Positions 53,642 through 64,000 of a stretch of DNA of 64,000 bases are shown piece after piece. A model generated the notes under the pieces. It worked only from the letters and a program-made list of their open reading frames with translations. It had not been told where the DNA came from and ran no database searches. The first letter of the stretch is position 1, and every line of letters starts with the position of its first letter. This DNA comes from Octopus sinensis. Its lineage: Eukaryota. The position numbers were made by a program, and so were the translations under genes. The stretch covers positions 109,740,001-109,804,000 of the forward strand of contig NC_043003.1 of the NCBI RefSeq assembly GCF_006345805.1, written 5' to 3'.

Positions 53642-54767
53642 CAGGATGCGTAAGGTATATGAGGACAACTTATTCAAGAAATCAAGCGGCATGTTGTTGT
53701 GGTTATAAAGGCTGAGCAAAGCGATTTAGAAATATCTTGATTTTTAAAAGTTGCCAGAACTTTCGTCTACAAAGTTTTGTATGGAGCTAGAAACTGAAGA
53801 TGGAAATGTATCACCAGTATCAAAGCATAAAAAAGCATTCCAGACACTCTGAAATCATCAGAACACCTGAATTCATCCAGCAACTTCAACAGACCATTGA
53901 TTACAACCCCAGAAAGTTCGTGAGGTCAATTGCAAAAAAATCTCCATGTGTCAGAAGGAACAGTCAGAAATGTCCAAGAAGACATCAGATATAAGTCTTA
54001 TATGATAAGGAAAGGGCAATGTGTCAGAAAAAGTAAAAGAAAATCACTACATCAAATCTAAAAGGCTTTTAAACCAACTGAAAAACCCAGCAGAAGATTT
54101 GATTTGGATTTCCTCAAACGAGAAAAACTTCGACCAAGATCAAAAAGTTAACAGAGGAAATGACAAATGGTTATGTGCAAACCCTTCTGAAGTTCCAAGT
54201 GTTATGCATACAAAATTTCCTGCAACTGTCATGGTTTTAGGGGTTGTCAGGAATGAAGGACATGTGATGCGTGCTTACTTCTTTCCACAAGACCTTGGAA
54301 TTTACTCTGCTGCCTACACTGAGGTCCTGTAAATAATTGTTAAACCCTGGATAGACAGTGTATGCAATGGAAAGTCATATGTGTTTCAGTGAAACTCTGC
54401 ACTATCACACATGGCTTTAGTAACACAGGAATGGATGGCTGAACATTTTCATGATCACATAACCCCTAACATTTGGCTCCTAATGAGAGAGAGGTCAATG
54501 AACACGCCCATAACACTAAAGATTCTTTGAGAGCTGCCATAGTAATGTCTAAAGTGAACCAGGACAACGTGATCTGAGCATGTAGATGATTTGGATATTA
54601 TACCGAAGCAGCCGTTGAAGCTGAAGCTGGCTTTATTGAATAAAATTATAGAAAAGAAGGTTTATTTTTATCCGTTTAGTATGTTTTGAGAGATAAATTT
54701 ATTATCTGTTATTATATATCTGTTTTTTACAACCATAAATCTGTCCTCAAATATATTACGCATCCTG
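53642..54767 (+). mobile_element. maT/DD37D-like Tc1-mariner transposon, both TIRs present, decayed transposase
   Basis: TIR CAGGATGCGTAA...TGAGGACA at both ends; SNEKNFDQDQKVNRGNDKWL...MHTKFPATVMVLGVV, VKPWID, YVFQ*NSALSH. Confidence 0.8.
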
Positions 54768-54812
54768 TATACATACATACATACATACATACATGCATAC
54801 ATGGATACATAC

Positions 54813-54872
<60 letters not shown>

Positions 54873-55129
54873 ATATGTATATATTTATATATATATATAT
54901 GTATATATACATATATACATATACATACATACATATATACATACCTACACACACACATTTGCATATATATGTAATATCTTACAGTACAGTACAGCACATA
55001 ACTTGCTGTTTTTCCTATCAGCTGGTGTGCTAGCACTGAGAATTATCCGCTGAAATGCTTGGATATTTGCTTAAGGATTTTTCAGATATACTACAATAAA
55101 TGCACGCAAATATTACGCATACATTATGC

Positions 55130-55432
<303 letters not shown>

Positions 55433-56300
55433 TCGATATATATGCATGTACACTTCAAACAAACAGAAGTAGGTGTGTGTGTGTGCGTGTGCGTGTGCGT
55501 GTGCGCGTGCATGTGTGTGTATCTGTGTGTGTGTACATGCGCTTGCATACAGAAGGTACTCATATTCCTAAATAATACAGTACTAATGCTCTCAGCTGTT
55601 GTCGGTCTGGAACTGTTGAAGAGAATATCATTTCTGAAAAATCTATACTCGTTGGAATGGAATGAAACGGAAGAAATTATTTTATTATTGATTATCATTT
55701 TTCCTTTTTGTTCTTAAGTTGTGTATACTAACGTGTATGCATACCAATACAATTTCGTATGCTTCACTATGTGCATGTATGTCAATACTCCAATACTTTC
55801 TCATGCATTCTCGTTCTTTAAACTCTCATCTTTCATTTTCTTTATTGTTAACCGTCTTTCATTTCCAACCGTTTCTCCATCTGTGATTAAGTCGACAGCT
55901 TTCTTTACTGTCTAACTGTGAACAGTCTCAACTGCCTGTCTTTCTCTGCGTAAGCTTGTCTCCTTAGTCTTTCTCCCTCTCCCTCTTTCTGCTTCTCTCC
56001 TTTCCTCTTTACATCTCTTTATCTTTCAAACACACATAGTTATATATATACATATGCATATATATTTATATACATGTGTGTTTGTGTGTATACACACACA
56101 CACACACACACATATATTATATATGTATGTATGCATCTATGTATGAATGTATGCCCGTACGCATGTTTCCGCAAGTATATGTGCGTATGTATATACGTAT
56201 ATGAACATGTATGTGTGTATATTCGTATGTTTGTATATATGTATGACATGTTTACAGAATTAAGTAGTTCTGCCAAATGATTTACAATGTGAAGACATGT

Positions 56301-56331
<31 letters not shown>

Positions 56332-56333
<2 letters not shown>

Positions 56334-56527
56334 CTTTATTTTAAGCAGCAGAAAATTCAACAAAATCTGTTACTCTGAGTTTCTCGTTGCCGTTCAACTG
56401 TCTGATGAACGGCAACGAGAAACTCCTGTTGAATTTTCTGCTGCTTAAAATAAAGCATATTACTCTACCACTGGTATTTGAGTACTCTTTTTTCCACCTT
56501 GTTTCACATTTATGTGTTTACTCCGGT
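56332..56527 (+). mobile_element. hammerhead-bearing fold-back element, family HH-B
   Basis: 56398-56425 CTGT-CTGATGA-ACG-GCAA-CGA-GAAA-CTC; the inverted left arm supplies GAAA-CTCAGAG-TA-ACAG; same boundaries as 10451-10640. Confidence 0.8.
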
Positions 56528-56547
56528 ATATATATATATATATAGAC

Positions 56548-56608
<61 letters not shown>

Positions 56609-57607
56609 TTAAACCTGGTCTCAGACAGATATAATAGTAACAAGTAGAGATAATCTGAATAAACATAAGATGTATAACGGATGAGCAAATCTCATACTTC
56701 GAACTATGGCAGTATGCATTGTGGAGTCATCATTACGCATATTTCTTATTAACCTAAGTTTTTTTTTCTAGTAATTTAAATCACAATTATAGGTTTTTCT
56801 CCAGTTCAATTAGTACAAAGTGGATTAAATGTATTGTAGTTAATTTTACTAAATCTAATGTTACTATTATAGTATGGAAACTATCAAGAATCTGTATTCA
56901 GAACAGCATTAAAATGGCGTCGATATTGTATAGTGAAGATGAAAATTATTTCCTCAGTGCGGAGAACAGTTTGGCTTTGAATATCATGAAATTAAGCATT
57001 TATATAATTTTCTTTAGATAAATCAGTTTGCATGCTGGGTGTCTTAAAATTAGTTTGTGGAATCTGAAATGAAATAAATAAAAAAAAAATGAAATAAAAT
57101 AAATTAATATGAATGCAGCACACATACCGATTATTAATCTACATATTATATAAATTTATTTCTGAATAATGATATTTCTAATGATGTAAATCTAACAAAT
57201 TGATATAAAATCATGGTCTCGTGACATCAGCATCATTGTCATTTAATGTCACATCAACGTTAAGCTAAAACCACATTTTTGGGGTATCTCGGGAGGGTCA
57301 TAATACGAATAATAATTACACACACTCGCTGTTGGCACAACGACCTTCTTGAGATACAACAAAATCTGCTTCAACACACGGGTTCACATAAAAAATCTTG
57401 CAAATCAAAAAAAAAAAAATGTACAAATAAATAAATATAAAATCATCGTATCCCGATACTGTTGTCATCCTCGCTTAAAACAGTGGTGAGGAACATTTTA
57501 TGTTACATGGCTGCATTGATATTAACTGCCAACTGAGAAAGCCACATTAAAGATTTTTGTATACAACTAAACAGCGGTTATTTAACGCTCTAACAAGTGT
57601 TGACAAG

Positions 57608-57682
57608 TATCAGGTGGTGCTATTAAGTTAGACATGGCCTGGACCAATCTTTGGTCGAAACATATCTAAGTCTAAGTTTATT
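57608..57682 (+). mobile_element. short 3'-terminal scrap of the element ending near 4585
   Basis: TATCAGGTGGTGCTATTAAGTTAGACATG.CCTGGACCAATCTTTGG.CGAAACATATCTAA is the reverse complement of about 4597-4658. Confidence 0.75.
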
Positions 57683-57904
57683 TATCATAAAACAAAATAA
57701 AATAAAAAGGGAACGATTTCACAGTCATGGCAAAGTGAAATGAAATAGTTTCAATGGATGATCCCAAAATGCACACATTGCAATTAATTAATACCTGTAT
57801 TAAATTCACCTTTACATTTACCGAAAGTTATCACAAATGCGGAAGTAACAATTCAATCTAAAATCACAATATTCCAACTTTACGCAGCAATATGATGAAA
57901 TGCA

Positions 57905-57941
<37 letters not shown>

Positions 57942-59835
57942 ATAGCAATGTAGTCTAAAATCACACTCCATAAGTACCACCATTTACATGTAACTTAAAA
58001 TTGTCAAACCGTTGTAACAGAAACATTTGAGGATCGGATCACTCATCACAAAATGCTCGAGTACTTGTTTGAGACTTTGACTGATGTGTCATTTGAAGGT
58101 GAAGTCGCACAGGGCCGTTTCAGTATCCCAGCCTCGCAGGAGTTCTTACTAATACTGGAATGTCTCGAATTGCTTCTATTAATAATGAAACAAATTATCC
58201 TTCTATATCTGTGATTTTAATACAAATCTCACTAAAATAAAATAGCAGCTTGATATATAATCATGGTATGCTAACACTAAGGTCGATATAATGTAAAAGG
58301 AACTTAATCTAAAATCACAGACTCAAGTACAGTAAAAATAATGTGTCAGTATACCTTTGCGATGCTGCCAAACAAAATCATGACCAAAAGAGAAATGAAT
58401 TGGTGGAAACTATTCCATTGTATGACTGGAAAAAACTGATATGGTTTGAAAGTCTTAGAAACTATTGGTTCTTCTATAGATGTTTTACTGTTGAAAGTAA
58501 TCTCTAGCTCCCGGCATTTAAAGGACAGGTAAAATTAGCTTTGGTGAATGAATTTACCGTACTAATGTGTCAGACAGAAATCAAAGATGACCAAAATAGC
58601 CATCTTGATGACTTTGAGATAACAGCTGTTTGTTAGTTCTTGTTTTTAAGAGTATGGTTTTGCTATCTAGAAACAGGAAATAATAACAAAATATCAGATG
58701 AAGAAATGGAATACGAATGCAGCTAAAGCTCCAAGATGCAAATTTTTCAGAATTAACACCAATGATGCCACTTAAGTAGCCATTCGAAAATGTCATTACG
58801 ATGCTATCTACATTTTGTAGCCAAAAGAATGTGATGCAACCTGCAGAAAAAAATTCCTGTTGATAAAAGTATAAGCAATTTACATTGAAGTGGTGGGCAA
58901 ATTCATCAGTAATATGGAAGAATAATACTGGAATATTCCGGCCCAAACCTAAGTTAACTTAAGCACCAATGCTCCAGACACAGTGAACTGGATCAGAGGA
59001 AGAATAGTTAAGCTGAATAGTGGAAATCTCTTGCGTAGCAGATGTTAAGATAATGTCTATGATGAACTTAAATCTAATAAAACAATCTAATTAGAAAGTT
59101 GTGAGTATTTCACTCAGACTTGTTTTAGATTTACACGTATAAATGTTGGAGTCCTGAGGTATGTGATTACCCCAGTACCAATCTTGAGAAATTATGCTTC
59201 CAAGAATCAGAAAACATACTGCCACACTAGAAAGCAGAAACACATGGGTCGTTAATGGTTGTGTGGGAATACGCGAAACATTCTAGGACTATGGCATGCT
59301 CATTTAAACATATTAGACATGTAAACTTAGGTATGACTACACAGAGAAGTAAAAGAAAAACCTAACAAAAGAGATATATATGCAATGAATTCCATTCTTG
59401 TATATGCAGATAATTATCTGTGTGCATATAATTGAATATGCAGATCCACTCATCCATTTTTCCTCCCTATCTCCTCTCACTCCCCTGCCCCTCACTCCCA
59501 CTTACTCCACTCACCTCATTCCTCTCCTCCTCAACCCCTTCGCTCCTTCCCTGCCTCCCATCCATCCATCCATCCATTCATCCATTCATTCATCCATCGA
59601 TCCATCGATCCATCGATCCATCGATCCATCCATCCAACCAACCAGCCAGTCAACCAGCCAGTTAGCCATTCATGCTTCGCTATGTTTCTATTAATAGAAC
59701 TGTGAAAATGTGTAAGAATTTATAGAAGTGTAGCATGTAACAACATATAAACACCCATTAAAAAACATATATATATATGTATACCTGTTACATAAGTCAA
59801 AAAACGTAAATTTCAGCAGGCAATATCTGTGTTAT

Positions 59836-59872
<37 letters not shown>

Positions 59873-60063
59873 ACACGCATACATACGCACATACATATAT
59901 AAATGCACAAGTGTACATATGGCGTACATCAATAAAGGCACCATAAATACATACATGCATTTATACATACATACGTAATACATACGTACTCACATTCATA
60001 CATACGCTCGTACATACCGATATATGCATTGATGCACACATACATTTATGTATATATATATAT

Positions 60064-60104
<41 letters not shown>

Positions 60105-60234
60105 CACACACACACATATACATATATATATATATATATATATATGTATTTGTACATAATTACATCCATATATATTCATAGCAAACGTATATGAATCAGC
60201 TTCAGAATGCATTACTTGTAATTAGCTACACGCA

Positions 60235-60273
<39 letters not shown>

Positions 60274-61527
60274 GCGCATTCACATGACATATACATATAA
60301 GCACATCTACGCACACGTACCCACAGAATCATTCCATAAAAGCTTGTACATTATTTAACACACATGCACTTACAATCTCACACACACACACACACACACA
60401 CTCACACACTCACTGACAGGCACGCTGAGACACACACATGCACATACACACATCCCCCATGCGTATCTTTATTGCATATGCTGCATGCAGTGTGTAGCTG
60501 CACATGCGCCGTTACACGACCAGCACCTGCATGCATTGCATGTGATTTATAGCTGCTGTTAATAGACCTGTGAATGATTGGCTAATGAGGCCACTGAAGG
60601 CATTAACTAGAGAGGAACAGAGAAGAGGGAAGTAGGAGGAGGAGTGGCGACATGGTAGGAGGCAAGGAACAAAGGTGGTGGTGGTGGTAGTAGCGGTGTT
60701 AGTAGTACTGATGCTGGCACTGTTGATGTTATCGGTGGTTGTGGAGGCAGTGTTTGTGTGTGCATGCGCGTGTACGCGTGTGTGTACGCGTGTACGTATG
60801 TGTATGTGTGTGTGTGAGTGTGCGCGTGTGCGTGCGTGTACGTGTGTGTGTGTGTTTGTATGTGCGTTCGGCTGATGTTGGTTCGTAATAAAAGTGCGTG
60901 TGGTTGACATCGTAGCGGCAATGGTGGCGAAGGTTGCGTGTGTTTATGCATGGGTGTATGTGTTCGTGTTTGAGCATATGTGTTGATGGGAAAAGGGGGT
61001 GATGGTGGTTGTAGTGGTAGTAGTGGTGATATTAAAATTGGTGGCGTTACTTGGTGGCAATATGGTGATGGTAGCAATAGTGGTGTTGGTATGTTGTTGA
61101 GCGAACGATCTTCGTCCCAGGGCTCGCAAGATGGGAGAAGTCCGAAGCGTGGTCCTTTGCTATTCGTAAGACCCACAGAAGAGAAAGCAGGTCAACCCCC
61201 GACACCGAGAGCATCGGCGGATGGATGGAAAGAATTTGCCTGTTCTTTCTTGCTAGTTGATTGATAGCATGAAGATTCCCAGGTCAGTTCGTTGATGTAT
61301 CAGTTGCATTATGGACTATTATGGAATACATGCATGCATGTACATATAAAAATTTCATACAATGACATAAGGTAATAAGCACGCATGAGAAGCACTCTTG
61401 TTGATTTACTTTTAAATAACCGACTTGAGCTGCAACTAAAACAAAAGTGGTGCTGTAGTGGTCTGTAGCAAAGACTGGCTATAAGTGGTTCATCATTGAG
61501 TGGGTACATATATATATATATATATCA

Positions 61528-61794
61528 GACGTGATCACGTGACCGACCAGTCCATCATATGTAGTTACACATCGCTGGTCACAATGCGTTCGCATTGTTG
61601 TAGCCTTCGAATGACGCCACCCCGCTGGCTAAGCGAGCAGACCAACAGAAGGAAGAGTGGGAGAAAGAGTGGAGCCTCGTGGAGCTTTTAGGTGTTTTTG
61701 CTCAATAAACACTCACAACGCCCAGTCTGGGAATCGAAACCGCGATCCTACGACCGCGAGAGCCACTGCCCTAACCACTGGACCATTGCGCCTC
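61528..61794 (-). mobile_element. SINE with family C head and a different 3' body
   Basis: 61670-61794 is almost identical to 48060-48181; 61528-61650 differs from 47800-47990. Confidence 0.75.
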
Positions 61795-62475
61795 ACACAC
61801 ACACACACCACACCACACACCCACACCACCACACACATATATATATATATATATATATTATTATACATACATACATATATGTATATATATATATATATAT
61901 TATAATATACATATATATATATTATATACATATATATTATGTTCTAATTATAAATGACATGCGGTTGACCTTGTATTTGCTTGTTCAATGATTTTAGTTT
62001 GATATTTTTGTCTCTTCCAATAGAGCACTTCTATTGCAGTCCTATTGAACCTCTTTTTGTTCCTGACAAGAAACAATTATTGTATCGATACATATAGATA
62101 ATATAATATATATATATATATATATATATCTATATATATATATATATATTTTATTTATATATCTATATATATATATCTACCTATTATACCTATATATATA
62201 TGAGAATATATATATATATATATAGATATATATATCATATATTATATATATATATATATATATAATAATATATATCTATATATATATAATATATCTATAT
62301 ATATATATATATATATATATAGTAGAGTCCACAGTGATCCGTATGTAGGAGAGGTGCAGCCGGAGGGTAAATATCCAAACGAGAATCCTTAAAGGGCAGA
62401 TAAAGAATCCAGTGGAGAAGTTCGTAGTGGTAAGAAATGACAGGATCAACAGGTGCGACTACGGGAGCGTGTGAT

Positions 62476-62790
62476 ATATAGGGAGAGTTTACGAAAAAAA
62501 AAACCAAAAGAAGACAGGTGGTGTACAAAACAAACAGATGTATTAGTATAACGCTCAGGAATAGAAAAATCTTTTACGTTTCGAGCCTACGATCAATCAG
62601 TCGCCATGATTGATCATTAGCCACTACACACATTTTTTCTCTCCTTGTTTCTCTCCTTATTTTTTCTGTGTCCCTTTCTGTAGAATAGCGTGAAAGACTT
62701 TTTCTATTTCTGAGCGTTATACTAATACATTTGTTTGTTTTGTACACCACTATCTTGGTCTTTTGTTTTTTTTTCGCAAACTCTCCCTAT
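62476..62790. mobile_element. fold-back element, family HH-C'
   Basis: ATAGGGAGAGTTT.CGAAAAAAA...TATTAGTATAACGCTCAG is inverted at 62690-62790; hammerhead halves TTTTACGTTTCGAGCCTACG (minus) and CTTTCTGTAGAATAGCG (plus). Confidence 0.7.
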
Positions 62791-62814
62791 TAGGAAGAAG
62801 GGATGAACAAGCAG

Positions 62815-63170
62815 AACATAATTGCATTATTAGTGTAAACAAGATATTAAGAAATAATGCATAGAGTCTCTTACAGTTATTTCTAGAATAGCTGTGCCTA
62901 TGGTGCATAGATCATTGAACAAAGATTTCCATACAAACCAACTATTCCGTTGTGTGAGAGGAAGAATTAAGGAATACACTTAATAATAATGGGTATTAGT
63001 AGTTACCAGTTACATCGTCGAAGAATTAAGGAATATCCTTTGTAAAAATGGAAATCTTTGTTTAATGGACTATGCGTCATATAAACAGCTAGTCTAGAAA
63101 CAGCTGTAAGGGATTTTGTGCAGTCTTTCTTAATCGCTTATTTACTCTAACAACCCTGAGATTATGTTTG
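62815..63170. mobile_element. old imperfect fold-back with half hammerhead GAAA-CAGCTG-TA
   Basis: CTTACAGTTATTTCTAGAATAGCTGT...AACAAAGATTTCCAT is inverted against ATGGAAATCTTTGTT...ACAGCTAGTCTAGAAACAGCTGTAAG. Confidence 0.55.
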
Positions 63171-63917
63171 AATTATAAATTGCATACTCTAAAGTGAGAC
63201 CATGTTTCGCTTGTTCATACTCTCCTTCTAGTATGTATGTAAGTGTGTATGTATGTATGTATGTATGTATGTATGTTTGTACGTGTATATGTGCGCACTT
63301 GCATGAGTGTTTATGTGTGTGTGTGTGTGTGTGTACGCATTTAGTTTTTGTGGATGGTTGGAATTATATAATAGGAAGGAATGAGAGAACGCTGGATAAT
63401 TGGAATGGGTAGGAGTGAAACTAAGTGAAAGTTGTAACACAGTGACATAATTGTAGGTGCAAAGTGTGGAGTAAGAGAAATAGAAGAGAGAGAGAGAGAG
63501 AAGGGGAGAGAGACATCCAGAGCGAGGGAGAGAGAGAGAGGTAGAGATCGAGCGACAAAGAAGGAGACATATTTGGTGAATATACATACACAGAAACACA
63601 TACAAATCTTTATACATACAACATACACACATATACACGTATCTATGTATACAGGCATACATTATATATAATATATATATATATATTATATATATATATA
63701 TATATTATAAATATATACACACATATATATATATATATATATATAATATATTATATATATAATATATTGTAATATAATATACAAAGAGCAATAAATATTA
63801 TAGTTATATATATATAGAATGTACTTGAATATGGTACCTAAATATATATATAAAAAAAACTATATATTAATATATATATATTGGGTATATAAGCGATAAA
63901 GAAGCAACAAGAATGGA

Positions 63918-63959
<42 letters not shown>

Positions 63960-64000
63960 TATATATATTACACTTACTTATTGATGCATACCACACATAT

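Noticed and set aside
58018-58215. Open frame TETFEDRITHHKMLEYLFETLTDVSFEG with AG/GT sites as an exon
   Set aside because: Weak polypyrimidine tract and no recognisable protein similarity.
60512-61176. Overlapping minus-strand ORFs of 132-189 aa
   Set aside because: They stay open because of low-complexity CA/CCA runs and contain no recognisable domain.

Overview
Eukaryotic, AT-rich DNA saturated with microsatellites and transposon relics. The SINE families and repeat spectrum point to an octopod cephalopod (inference). I found no intact host protein-coding gene; almost all listed ORFs are translated microsatellites or decayed TE fragments. Recognisable content: several R4/Dong-type RLE retrotransposon relics associated with (TAA)n, Tx1/L1-like, CR1-like and HERO-like LINE pieces, a decayed Penelope-like element (RT + GIY-YIG), a Gypsy RT/RNase H scrap, Helitrons, mariner/maT transposons, MITEs, and many tRNA-derived SINEs. 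The most striking structure is a set of at least five short non-coding element families that carry type I hammerhead-ribozyme-like cores (CUGANGA...GAAA, palindromic or minimal stem III). They sit in (TA)n tracts and repeatedly occur as fold-backs (a body plus an inverted partial copy), which suggests Penelope-derived or retrozyme-like elements. In parallel, a (TAA)n-embedded 556-bp non-coding element shares a 5' motif with the Dong-type LINE. Coordinates of decayed repeats are approximate and all family calls are by eye, without database searches.
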